Positions 51,443-61,372 of a DNA stretch of 64,000 nucleotides are shown one piece after another. This stretch comes from Negativicutes bacterium. Lineage in GTDB: Bacteria; Bacillota; Negativicutes; UBA1444. A program made the position numbers and the translations under genes. Numbering within the stretch: position 1 is the stretch's first letter; the number at the start of each line of letters is the position of its first letter. The DNA lies in assembly GCA_963665275.2 (NCBI GenBank), contig CAXXIN010000013.1:64001-128000 (forward strand), written 5' to 3'. The notes below the pieces were generated by a model. The model saw nothing but the letters and a program-made list of their open reading frames with translations. It was not told where the DNA came from and searched no databases.

Positions 51443-53146
51443 TCAACGCCACAGTTTACGAAACTTCCGGATAATAGCCGCAGGATATCTTGATCTCTTC
51501 GTTAGCCCGTCAACAATTGTCATTTCATTGACAAAATTCAAGGTGTGGACTGCAATTATCTTTTTACTCCAAAGCGGTTCAATATCGCTGATGCATTCTT
51601 CTTTGTATTCCTCTTCATTTAACGTAACGATATGGTTAATTTTGATTCCGTATCCATAAATTTTGGAACTGTTTTGCGATGGACGATATAGATTCCCGTT
51701 ATACTCAAATATATTCCCTGCGGGGCGCGCGGACCTCACATCAGATACAATCGGATTTTGAACGTGTGGAGTCCAGTTTCCCGAAAATAAGTCTTCGGAA
51801 TAAAACAGAAACAATTCATCAAATGAAGAAGTTTGCTCATTTTCACGAATACTAGCGAACAGCCACCACTTTCCATCTTTTTGCAGTACGGTGGTGTCAA
51901 ATGCCTGAATATTTTTCATGATAATCGTAACCATTTCCCATCTATTGGGAAACTCAACGCATTTATATAACTCAATTGTATTGTTGCCAGAAGTCTCTGG
52001 AATCATGTAGTATTCGTTGTTGTATGAGAAAATGAACGGGTAGGACATGTGATACGGTTTTTCTATTATTTTTTTTGTCAAAGATACTTTTTCATTTTCG
52101 TCAATTGTTAGATACGAAATATGCCCTTTGTTGTTTTGCGCCATAACTTCCTCAACGAAAACATAATACTTCCGGTCTTCATATATAATAAAGGGATCCG
52201 CCCAAAACCGATCAGGCGGCGGAATCAGTTGCTTATACCGTGATAAGGTCGGCGAAAGCATTTTCCCTTTATTAATAGCGTACAGCAATATATATTGGTC
52301 AAAATAAAAGCAGCGCTGAATACTTCTAGTGATGATCTTTAGCAAATGGCGCAAAACTAATCTAATCCATTCACTTTTCTGAGGAACGGCATAGATTGGC
52401 CGTGAATAAAAATAAGGATGTTGGTTATTCAGCTTTATGCGCGCGAGGAGGGATTCTTCGCCGAATTCGTGGAGCTCTTGCAATTTGCGTGGGATAAAAG
52501 ACACCGTCTTCCAATAATTATTATTGTTATTCTGCTCGACAGACAGAGCATCCGTTTGCGCAAAAGATTCATAGAGGACTTGGGTCTTGTTCGGATCATT
52601 GCCCAGAATCTGCAGCATTGAGCCGGTTTCACCCCGTCCTTCAAAAACTTCCCAAAAACCGACCGGTCCAACTTGATTGATTCGATTATCGCCATGCCAA
52701 TGCGCCCAAACTCCATATTTTGAGGCAGAAAGAACTTCGCCTCTTAAATCGTCGAATCCCAACTTGATCAGGACATCCAGATTACATGCTTGAATTGTTG
52801 CGCAATCTTCGGGATTCAAATATTCTACGAGCCCTTTCTGGTTAGGTGTTACGGTAATCCAAGAACTATTCGTCAAAACCTGCTTCAAATTTTTCGGTTC
52901 AAAAGCATTAGGTTCCACCCTGCATATCAATTTATCCAATTTATAAGCGACGGAAAAAAAGAGCGTTTCAAATTTATTATCATTATTGCGATATTGTTTA
53001 TTCCTCGCAATATAGGCTTCATCCTTTTGAACAACCAGAGTGATTTCCGCATAGTTACTACCGACGATTTTATTTATCATTGTGTAGGCCCAATGCGGAA
53101 TTTGATTAGAATCAACTAAGAGACCAATTAATAGCTTTTTGCGCAT
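51443..53146 (-). CDS. Formyltransferase-like N domain fused to GINT1-like beta-propeller
   Basis: DVLIKLG..LRGEVL....GVW..WHG....GP.GFWE; FWADPF, HMSYPF, MIPE, RPAG, RPSQ. Confidence 0.6.
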   Translation of the reverse strand: MRKKLLIGLLVDSNQIPHWAYTMINKIVGSNYAEITLVVQKDEAYIARNKQYRNNDNKFETLFFSVAYKLDKLICRVEPNAFEPKNLKQVLTNSSWITVTPNQKGLVEYLNPEDCATIQACNLDVLIKLGFDDLRGEVLSASKYGVWAHWHGDNRINQVGPVGFWEVFEGRGETGSMLQILGNDPNKTQVLYESFAQTDALSVEQNNNNNYWKTVSFIPRKLQELHEFGEESLLARIKLNNQHPYFYSRPIYAVPQKSEWIRLVLRHLLKIITRSIQRCFYFDQYILLYAINKGKMLSPTLSRYKQLIPPPDRFWADPFIIYEDRKYYVFVEEVMAQNNKGHISYLTIDENEKVSLTKKIIEKPYHMSYPFIFSYNNEYYMIPETSGNNTIELYKCVEFPNRWEMVTIIMKNIQAFDTTVLQKDGKWWLFASIRENEQTSSFDELFLFYSEDLFSGNWTPHVQNPIVSDVRSARPAGNIFEYNGNLYRPSQNSSKIYGYGIKINHIVTLNEEEYKEECISDIEPLWSKKIIAVHTLNFVNEMTIVDGLTKRSRYPAAIIRKFRKLWR

Positions 53147-53381
53147 TGTATAATGGATCCCTCACTTCTTTTCGATCTGCTATCTGCAGTTGAAGAACTG
53201 CTACGCTTTTTATGACATCTTCCATGCTTAACGGAAGGACGCCCTAATAGACTTGACCCGGCGTTTTCCAATTCAAACTTTGGTGGGGACAGAAGTAGTT
53301 GTGGAGGACGTGAATTGAAAATTAAATGTTGCAATGTTACGAACAATAGCAGTTATGTCAATTTTCCTTCCTACTCCTATA

Positions 53382-54428
53382 TTAGAGGGTATCAATTTTT
53401 GATATACCTCTACCTCTTTTCCCAATAATAAACGGAAAATAGGCGTTGATAACAAAAATAATTGGAATACAAACAACGATTGTGCCGATGGTGACCAAGA
53501 TTCCATAAAAAAACGACAGTTGTTGAAGTATCCCTATATGAGGGATAAAGTGATAAACATATTCGACAAAAGGTGATACCAAGAATTGATGCATCGCTAA
53601 CAAAATTATTGAATTTTTACCTATAAAAGAAATTGCCGGCATGATCTTCATATTCCGAACCACAATTAGAAAGAAACCGATACCGGAAAAGGCAGCCAAA
53701 TAGAAGAGAATGTAATTATGATAATTATTGATAAACATATCTATCATTTCTTGACTAAATCCAGCACCTAAATTTATAGCCAGCAAAAGTAACATTACTT
53801 TAAAATTCGAGGAATTCTCTGTTGATATTACTTCATATTCTCTGATGAGATACCCTGTGCCATAAAAGACAATGGCTGTTAGAGCAGCATCAAAACTCCA
53901 TGGCAACGGAATTGAAACCATAGAGCTATACAAATAACCGATAATTGAACAAATGGCCAGCAAACTGACTATTCCCCTTTTATTTGTTTTGGTCCCGGCC
54001 CAAAACAAATAAAATAGTATTTCCGTAAGAAAAAGGCACGCCAAGAACCACATTGTCCCATTGTGGGCACCCCAGTATTCTCCGCGAATTCCATATATTG
54101 TTCCCCAAATAGGTGTCATTATCGTACCGTGATATGAAGTTCCAATTAAATTATGGCGCACACTTTTTTGCAACCAATAGAGATACATTATGGCTGAAAA
54201 ACAAAAATACGGCACGATTAATGCCTTTATCTTTTTGATAAAAAAATCTCGAAAGTTATAGTTTTGGTCATTATAAAACAAGTAGCCTGACAAAAAGAAA
54301 AAAAGCGGCATATGAAAAGAGTAGATAAATTGCTGAACAAAAGACGGAATTGGTGCGTGCGCAAAAATAACAAGGATAATACCAATCCCCTTCGCCATAT
54401 CAATCCACGGAATTCTATCTTTTATCAT
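53382..54428 (-). CDS. Acyltransferase family 3
   Basis: RIPWIDMAKGIGIILVIFAH, FHMPLFFFLSG, WFL..LF. Confidence 0.85.
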   Translation of the reverse strand: MIKDRIPWIDMAKGIGIILVIFAHAPIPSFVQQFIYSFHMPLFFFLSGYLFYNDQNYNFRDFFIKKIKALIVPYFCFSAIMYLYWLQKSVRHNLIGTSYHGTIMTPIWGTIYGIRGEYWGAHNGTMWFLACLFLTEILFYLFWAGTKTNKRGIVSLLAICSIIGYLYSSMVSIPLPWSFDAALTAIVFYGTGYLIREYEVISTENSSNFKVMLLLLAINLGAGFSQEMIDMFINNYHNYILFYLAAFSGIGFFLIVVRNMKIMPAISFIGKNSIILLAMHQFLVSPFVEYVYHFIPHIGILQQLSFFYGILVTIGTIVVCIPIIFVINAYFPFIIGKRGRGISKIDTL

Positions 54429-54532
54429 TAAGCAATTCCTTTCCTTGAAAAGTAATGATTCAAGATGATACTTATGAACCTGATCAAGTTGATTACAAGG
54501 GAACAGCAGGCAAATGATCTTTGTTTGACAGC

Positions 54533-55687
54533 TTAATTCTGTTTTGCTGGAACATCTTTTTTCATCGCCCATTCACTAAGTTTTTTGCCCCATTGAATTG
54601 ACGGAACTTCGACCCAGTAATAGCCGGCAAGCGACACGGTTATTGAAGCGATGAAGGCGATCATTAATACTATCCATATGGGTATAATACCATAGAGTAA
54701 ATAAAGGCAAGAGCATAATACGATAAAGTGCAGAAGATATAGGCTGTACGATATTTTACCCAAAACAACAACAAATCTATTCATCAATAATCGAGAGATT
54801 GACTCTGAAGACAAGCTGGTCACTATTATTATTGAGACGCCAATGGCGATAAGATAGTCTAAAAATAGATTGATGTAATGGAAAGTCAGCCAGTCGGAAA
54901 TATAAAGAGCCAACCCAAGTGTAAACAACGCCAATTTTATGCTCTTTCTGCTTGCTGAGCATAATTCAACTAAGCTTCTCTTGTGTTTTGCAAGTAAAGC
55001 CCCTACAACAAACACCACAGTGAAGTGGACAGTCATGTAAATGGCGTCCAATGTACTTGCGTCAATTCCTATGGATAATATCCCTTTCTTGTGGATAGCA
55101 ATTAAGCCACGGAACAACATTTCAATCGCTATTGACGTCCCAAAGCAAAGCTTCCAATTGTAGCGGCAGACAAAACACATAAGCAGTGGGAAAAGCAGGG
55201 ATATTCTCATTTCATAAACCAAAGACCAAATTACCGGATCAATCACTCGAGTATCGAAATCACTAATTAAAATTAAATGAGTGATTAAGGAGGTGAGACT
55301 AATGTCTAATTTCCAAAAAGAGTTAAACCAGTCGCTTAATCCGATCAGGTCTCCTTTTTGCAAAAATGATTTTGACACAATTCCGGCCATTATCGCGACG
55401 TAATACGGTATGTAAATTCGAAAAGCCCTTTTTATGAAAAAAGATATGTAAGAAGGACTATTTCCGTTATTGAACGGGATTGATAAAACAAATCCACTCA
55501 ACACGAAGAAAAAAATCACTGCTTCGCGGCCTGCCCAAAATAAGTGAAGAGGCGAATATTTGAAAATGAAAATCAATGCAGTATCATCGGTGTACATTTG
55601 CGGAAAAATCAATAAAAAGTGTGAAAATACAACGGTTAACGAAGCAAGTCCTCTTAAGGAGTCTAATTCCCAAAGTCGCTTTTCCAC
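54533..55687 (-). CDS. Acyltransferase family 3 (OafA-like)
   Basis: LDSLRGLA, FFVLSGF, KRAFRI, WSLVYE, GKISYSLYLLH, VEVP. Confidence 0.88.
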   Translation of the reverse strand: MEKRLWELDSLRGLASLTVVFSHFLLIFPQMYTDDTALIFIFKYSPLHLFWAGREAVIFFFVLSGFVLSIPFNNGNSPSYISFFIKRAFRIYIPYYVAIMAGIVSKSFLQKGDLIGLSDWFNSFWKLDISLTSLITHLILISDFDTRVIDPVIWSLVYEMRISLLFPLLMCFVCRYNWKLCFGTSIAIEMLFRGLIAIHKKGILSIGIDASTLDAIYMTVHFTVVFVVGALLAKHKRSLVELCSASRKSIKLALFTLGLALYISDWLTFHYINLFLDYLIAIGVSIIIVTSLSSESISRLLMNRFVVVLGKISYSLYLLHFIVLCSCLYLLYGIIPIWIVLMIAFIASITVSLAGYYWVEVPSIQWGKKLSEWAMKKDVPAKQN

Positions 55688-55778
55688 AATGCGCTCCTGT
55701 TCATTTTATAATTTCTGCAATTTGAAGAAATGATTACTACATCCCGGATTCCGAAAGACTCTTTTTCATAGTTAATTT

Positions 55779-57014
55779 TTACTGTCGCGCACAGGCAACA
55801 AATCCCAAAAGCCCATAGAAAATGGCATTAAATACATAAAATGAAATAAAATGTGCTGACCATACTGAGGTCGCAAGGTATCCAACGCTGAAGACCAAAT
55901 ATGCGTCAAGCATCCAATTTTCAGGAGCAAGTTTCTTCTGTTCCAAAAACATTTTAAATAATAACCAAAGAAAACATGTAAATGCTATAACTCCAAGAAA
56001 ACCAGAAACCACTGCTGCTTCCAGAAACGCATTGTGCGCGCCTTCAGCTGCACCATTTGTAATGTGAGCCATGTTTTCGTATCCAATTCCAAAAGGATGA
56101 GTTGAAATAAGGTTCCATGTAATGCTCCAGACTTGATCCCTTGCACTTAGCGCAGCGCTTGCCTCGCCGGCTTTTATGGCTGATATCGTCGCAACTATTC
56201 TGGGAATATTTATCACACTTAAAAGACTGCCCAGAGTTAACACAAGCGAAAGAAGGAAAGCTTTTAGGTGCAGTTTTGTCCTTATCAGCAGAATAATAAT
56301 ACTTAACACTGAAACAAAAACTGTCAGAATTGCTTCTCTCGATTGTGTCAACAACATTGTTAAACCGGACCCAACTACCAACAATGCAAAGAACAATTTT
56401 GCGCCGGTTTTCTTCTCGTACAAAATGCCCATTATTCCAATAATAGAGAAAAATGCAGACAGCGCACCCAATTGATTCGGATCAGCAGTTTGCCCAACTA
56501 ATCGCGAATCTTGTGATGTAAAAGTTGCGGACATTAATTGGAAAAAATTTACACTGGTTTCTCCTGAAAATATATTCCACAAAACTCCTGCAAGGAATGT
56601 CACCATTAAAAGCCAAACAATTAACCTCAATTCTTTGACTTTTAAATTAGAATCCGTTCCGTAGTAAAACAACACCGGAGAAATACACCAAAGCAAAAAA
56701 TTATAAAAAGTTCGTGGCAAAAACTGCACCATTTCATTATACATAATGAAAAATAATACAGTGGGTATAAAAAAAGTAATGGCTAAAAAGATATATGCAA
56801 GAAAAAAACGAAATACTGCCGGTGGTCGTCTGATAACAATATCATGTTGGTTCTGCAAAAGCGCTTTAACAAATATTCCTATCACCAGTAAGATTGTCAC
56901 CATATCGCCTGGCGATAAGTTTAACGTGCGCGAGAAAATCGGCAGTTCCACAATTGGGCGAAAGGCGAATGCCGCATATAATAAAAGTGCGAAGACTACC
57001 ATGCGCTGTTGCAT
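55779..57014 (-). CDS. Wzy polymerase / O-antigen ligase family protein
   Basis: Polytopic; DPN, LTQSR, R..W, HPFGIG, AHN motifs. Confidence 0.75.
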   Translation of the reverse strand: MQQRMVVFALLLYAAFAFRPIVELPIFSRTLNLSPGDMVTILLVIGIFVKALLQNQHDIVIRRPPAVFRFFLAYIFLAITFFIPTVLFFIMYNEMVQFLPRTFYNFLLWCISPVLFYYGTDSNLKVKELRLIVWLLMVTFLAGVLWNIFSGETSVNFFQLMSATFTSQDSRLVGQTADPNQLGALSAFFSIIGIMGILYEKKTGAKLFFALLVVGSGLTMLLTQSREAILTVFVSVLSIIILLIRTKLHLKAFLLSLVLTLGSLLSVINIPRIVATISAIKAGEASAALSARDQVWSITWNLISTHPFGIGYENMAHITNGAAEGAHNAFLEAAVVSGFLGVIAFTCFLWLLFKMFLEQKKLAPENWMLDAYLVFSVGYLATSVWSAHFISFYVFNAIFYGLLGFVACARQ

Positions 57015-58426
57015 TATATTTGACTTGTCCTCCGAATAAACTTAGCGCAAAAGGGCCATGATACACCAACATAGATTAGGCTGCCCGACAATACCAAAAA
57101 TCCGACATGAAAATGGAGAAACTGCTGCATACCAAAGACGCAGGCTGCCATAATAGCGCTACTTCCCATGGAAATGAACAGAAATTTATAATTGACCCAG
57201 GGTTCGTTAAGCAAGGGTTTAACTTTTACCACCATGCAAAGGAAAACAACCAATTCAGCGATAACCATGGCCGCTGCCGACCCAGTAGCCCGCCAGTATG
57301 GAATTAGTGCTAAATTGCCTGCCACATTGGTAGCAGCACCCAACGCCAACGCACTTAAATAATTTTTGTCCTTTTTGACTGCCAATAACAAATTGGCCAT
57401 AGTAACACTAAGAGCCATAAAAAAAACATAATACAGTAAAAGTATGAAGGGCATTACCGCCGGCGCATAGACTTCGCCAAAAAAGGCAGTGATAAGGCTA
57501 TGCGCCAAAATCGTCCCGCCCGTAATAACCGGGATCATAAAATAGAGCATAGAGTGAAAATTTTGCCGTAAGAACTCCCCCACCTGCTGTTGATCCGTAG
57601 CCAACAATCGAATCATGACTGGCCAGGTCGATTGCGAGTAAATCGCGATGATACTGGAAAGAGCGATAACAATCTTGTACGCTACGCTATAATATCCGAC
57701 CTCTTCTGACCCAACAAAATAGCCAAGCAAAATCATATCCATATTCTCATAAACCTGAGACAACAATCCGGCAAGCGCAAATGGCAGCGCCATCTTTAAC
57801 AAGGCGCGGAATTGTGTCAAGTTGAAACAGATGTGCAAAGGCTGAATATTCCTGTATAAATAGTGCAAGTAAGAGCACGCAATCACGGATCCGACAAAAG
57901 AATACACGGGAATGAAATAGATGTTCGTTACATCTTTGACCCAGAGAAAAACCAGGCTGCAACTTACGACCGAGCCAAGCAAATTCGCCACAGTTATGGA
58001 CTGCAGATCTTCCATACCGACAAAAAACCAATCCAATAAGCAAGCGGAACTTACCATCGTCAATCCGTACAAAATCAGCAAATAAAACAACCGCTGATTG
58101 GAAACAAAAAGCACTCCGTACAGGACTAACATAGAATAAAAAACGATAGCCAGCCCAACCCTCAATGAAAACAACACACTTACCGCGTCCTGGGAGTCAG
58201 TCTGAGCCCGGGCAACTTCACGTGTTCCGATCGTTGGCAAGCCAAAAGATGCAACCAAGCTAAAATAACTTACAAGGGCTAGCGCCAAACTAATGTCGCC
58301 GTAATCAGCCGGCCCCAATATCCGAGCCAGATAGACAACAATAAAAAATGAAAATAGCTGGCTAAATAATCGACCAGCCAATCCCATGCCCAAATTCGCG
58401 AAGACTGATTTTTGCAGTAGTTTCAT
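57014..58426 (-). CDS. wzx: Polysaccharide flippase
   Basis: YLARILGPADYG, D.ILLG...VGYYS.AYK; about 12-14 TMs. Confidence 0.88.
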   Translation of the reverse strand: MKLLQKSVFANLGMGLAGRLFSQLFSFFIVVYLARILGPADYGDISLALALVSYFSLVASFGLPTIGTREVARAQTDSQDAVSVLFSLRVGLAIVFYSMLVLYGVLFVSNQRLFYLLILYGLTMVSSACLLDWFFVGMEDLQSITVANLLGSVVSCSLVFLWVKDVTNIYFIPVYSFVGSVIACSYLHYLYRNIQPLHICFNLTQFRALLKMALPFALAGLLSQVYENMDMILLGYFVGSEEVGYYSVAYKIVIALSSIIAIYSQSTWPVMIRLLATDQQQVGEFLRQNFHSMLYFMIPVITGGTILAHSLITAFFGEVYAPAVMPFILLLYYVFFMALSVTMANLLLAVKKDKNYLSALALGAATNVAGNLALIPYWRATGSAAAMVIAELVVFLCMVVKVKPLLNEPWVNYKFLFISMGSSAIMAACVFGMQQFLHFHVGFLVLSGSLIYVGVSWPFCAKFIRRTSQI

Positions 58427-58457
58427 CTTTTACCTTTTGCCATGATATCGATTAATT

Positions 58458-59114
58458 TCATTCATATCCGACAACGTCATTTATAACCGTGCCTAGAATA
58501 TTGGCTTTTGCGCCCTTAAGAAGCTCCGCCGCTTTTTGTGCGGCTTTGGGAGTAACAGTCTTGCTATCGATCACCAATACGACGCTGTCAACCTTCGATG
58601 CTAAAACACAGGCATCGGACACAACATAATCGCGTTTAAATAGCAGCGGCGAACTGGTCAGCACAATGTAATCCGTAAGAGTTCGCAGAAAGTCGAATAA
58701 TGCGCGGGTTTTTTCATTAGACAAGGCCGTAATTGGCCCCACCGGAAGCGGGCCACTGGTCACAACTCTCAAATTGGGCACCCAGGATTCTTGCAGAATA
58801 TCTTTCATCAGCACTTCGCCTTGGATTAAATTGGTTAAGCCAACATTCTCCAACCCAAATCCCTCACACACGATAGGGCTGCGAAGATCACAATCCACCA
58901 AAACCACCTTATGCCCCGCGTAGGCCAAGGCCGCCGCCGCATTGACAGCAGTCATCGTACCCCCATCCCCTTCACTGGCGCTGGCAAATAAGACGGACTG
59001 CACTTTACCCCCTCTAAATTCCGCACTTTGAATCCTAGCGCACAAAGTGCGGAAGGATTCCGCCTGGGGGGATTGTTCGCGGTCTTTAATGACATACCTC
59101 ACCCGGTCACCCAT
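58458..59114 (-). CDS. CpsD/CapB-like BY-kinase homolog with degenerate Walker motifs
   Basis: AESFRTL, VDCDLRSP, ILG.VIN; Walker A reads GDGGT, Walker B reads LTSSP. Confidence 0.8.
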   Translation of the reverse strand: MGDRVRYVIKDREQSPQAESFRTLCARIQSAEFRGGKVQSVLFASASEGDGGTMTAVNAAAALAYAGHKVVLVDCDLRSPIVCEGFGLENVGLTNLIQGEVLMKDILQESWVPNLRVVTSGPLPVGPITALSNEKTRALFDFLRTLTDYIVLTSSPLLFKRDYVVSDACVLASKVDSVVLVIDSKTVTPKAAQKAAELLKGAKANILGTVINDVVGYE

Positions 59115-60444
59115 CAGTTTCCCTCCTGATCCTAGCTTGCCAAATCTTCCAACGCGTATTGGCCTCCAATCTTGGGACAATGCCGATCACCGGCAAGTCC
59201 AGGTAACGGGCTGCATCTTCGGGCGTATCAATGGTTTTGTAAAAATATTCAATCACAAAAGTTAGCATGGTTCCGATGAAAAGGCCCAAAAACGCCGCAA
59301 TAACAAGATTGAAGGTTTTCAACGGTTTAACCGGGTCCTTTGGCAACGCAGCCATGTCAAAGATTTGCACGTTGGTGGACTCCATGACTTCACTGATGCG
59401 TGCTTCTTCGTAGCGTTTTGCGAGCATCGTATATACCCCTTCGGCTACTGAATAGTCAAGCATCAGACGAGCCAGTCTGGTTTCAGCTGCCGGCAGCCTG
59501 GCCAACTCTTTTTCTTCCAGCGAGTTGATTTGCTGCAATGTCGTTTTCTGGGTTTCACCCAAAGAAACTTCGCCCCGAGCTATTCGGAGAAGTTCGTTCT
59601 GCAGCTTCGCACGGGTTTCGGCAAGTGCGGTCTGTGCATTTACCACGCGAGGATGTTCGTCCGTCAAGCTTTTGAGCAATACGGCCAGTTCGGCTTCTTG
59701 TTCGGCCAATCGGTTGCGGTACTGCTGCAAAAGCGGCGTATCCACGATGACAGAAGGCGTTTTCATCTTAGCTCGTGCTGCTTCTAACGCCAATCGATTT
59801 TCAGCTTCCAGCTTTTTCAGATTTGACTGCCGCTCTACAAACGTTCGGGCCTGTTCGTTGATCGCGACCACCTGATTGGTCAGCTTGTGCTCTGTCAGCG
59901 CTTTTTCCGCTTTATCAAGATCGCGCTTTACATCCGCCAGCCGCTCGCCAATAAAAACACGAGCCTCTTTGCTTTCAGCGCGAACGATATTGAGGAGCCG
60001 CTCATTAAAAGCATCCGCCAGTGCATTTGCAAAGGTCTGCGCTTCTAATGGCGAACCAGCCAGAACGGCAACTTCCAAAATCTCCGTATCTTTTAATGGG
60101 CGAACTCTGATTCTCCCAGCGACATTCTCAAAGTTCAGCGGTTCAGTATCCCCACTGGCGCTTTTTTCAATCGCAGCTTCTACGACTGTGCGACTCTTGA
60201 TCAACTCTGCAAAGGTATACATTTTCTTGGTCAATTCTTCCGATGACCACGGCACGCTTGCGGCATCGGTCACGCTTCTCGTAGCCGGCTTCACCCTGAT
60301 AGTAACTTTGGCTTCATAAGTCGGCGGCAACATATTAAAAATGATTGCCAGAACAATCGCAACGCAGAAGGTTGAATAAACCCAGTTGCGGCGGCGCCTG
60401 ACAATCGATAATATTTCATGTATCTCTATGCGGTCCTGTCCCAT
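59107..60444 (-). CDS. Polysaccharide co-polymerase (Wzz/GumC, Wzc membrane module)
   Basis: Two TMs, PTYEA, IKSR.V, HPRV coiled coil, P..PVKP, LPVIGIVP. Confidence 0.85.
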   Translation of the reverse strand: MGQDRIEIHEILSIVRRRRNWVYSTFCVAIVLAIIFNMLPPTYEAKVTIRVKPATRSVTDAASVPWSSEELTKKMYTFAELIKSRTVVEAAIEKSASGDTEPLNFENVAGRIRVRPLKDTEILEVAVLAGSPLEAQTFANALADAFNERLLNIVRAESKEARVFIGERLADVKRDLDKAEKALTEHKLTNQVVAINEQARTFVERQSNLKKLEAENRLALEAARAKMKTPSVIVDTPLLQQYRNRLAEQEAELAVLLKSLTDEHPRVVNAQTALAETRAKLQNELLRIARGEVSLGETQKTTLQQINSLEEKELARLPAAETRLARLMLDYSVAEGVYTMLAKRYEEARISEVMESTNVQIFDMAALPKDPVKPLKTFNLVIAAFLGLFIGTMLTFVIEYFYKTIDTPEDAARYLDLPVIGIVPRLEANTRWKIWQARIRRETDG

Positions 60445-60487
60445 TTAGATCCCCCTGATAAAAACATTTCGCTTTGTCGGCGGTGCG

Positions 60488-61156
60488 TCAAAGATTTGAA
60501 TTATTGCCACCATATACGCCAACAGCTTTCAAATTGTAGAAGATCTGCGTCAAGGGCACAATATCACGGGTTATATCAATGCGATTATTTTCTGTCAAGT
60601 AAACAATATCTCCTTCGCGTAAAAGAGGGTTCTTGCTTACATCCCCTTTCTTAAGCAGTTCCATCAAATTCACCCGCAGCGGTTCGCCGACCTGATCCTT
60701 GTGAATAAGGAAAACTTTGGTTTTAGCGGCATCTTTTGTCCACCCTTTTGCGGCTCCGATGGCATCCATCAGGTTTCGGCTTTTATCCAGTTCATAAAGA
60801 CCAGGCGCGGTGACTTCGCCCACAACATAAACCCGTTCGGTGCTAAAACGCGTCACATTCACCGTCACCCGGGGAGTCACATAATATTTCCCGAGCAATG
60901 TATTGATCGTCTGTGCCAATCCCTGCGGCGAAAGCCCTTCAGCCTTGATCTCCCCCACAAGCGGATAAGCAAATTTCCCATCTGGACGAATGGTGATGGA
61001 TTCCGGATTGCCGGGAGCGGGATAACTAAGCTCCGGATATCCAAAAACATTGACGCTTACCACGTCTCCCGGACGCAAAATATATTCACTTGCTGATGCA
61101 AGCATATTTGGCAATAACGTCGCAGCCAACGCGAATAGAATCACCCATCTCTTCAA
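60488..61156 (-). CDS. wza: OPX polysaccharide export protein
   Basis: Y.LRPGD, IRPDG...PLVGEI, V.VVGEV..PG.Y, SLBB region; signal peptide without Cys. Confidence 0.85.
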   Translation of the reverse strand: MKRWVILFALAATLLPNMLASASEYILRPGDVVSVNVFGYPELSYPAPGNPESITIRPDGKFAYPLVGEIKAEGLSPQGLAQTINTLLGKYYVTPRVTVNVTRFSTERVYVVGEVTAPGLYELDKSRNLMDAIGAAKGWTKDAAKTKVFLIHKDQVGEPLRVNLMELLKKGDVSKNPLLREGDIVYLTENNRIDITRDIVPLTQIFYNLKAVGVYGGNNSNL

Positions 61157-61273
61157 CGTAACAACTCCCTCAACAACTAACTTGGCAGAAAAGATTATAG
61201 CTAATGATACTATTCACCACAGAACCCATTTTCCCTGCTCTTTGCTTGAAATAGTGGATGCCATGCACAGCGA

Positions 61274-61329
61274 CAAGGCAGAATACAGTAGCAAATTCCT
61301 TTCCAACAGCGCTACAGCATTCCGCCCTG
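61274..61329 (-). other. Strand-specific RNA hairpin in intergenic region
   Basis: CAGGGCGGAATGC/GTATTCTGCCTTG plus GTAGCG/TGCTAC stems with four G-U pairs on minus strand. Confidence 0.65.
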
Positions 61330-61372
61330 CTCTCTATTGCCAATTTAATAACCTACCCGAGTCATCGCAACC

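Noticed and set aside
53147-53381. Several short inverted repeats in the intergenic gap (possible ncRNA or IS scar)
   Set aside because: Stems are short and inconsistent in strand; no terminal repeats or transposase fragment
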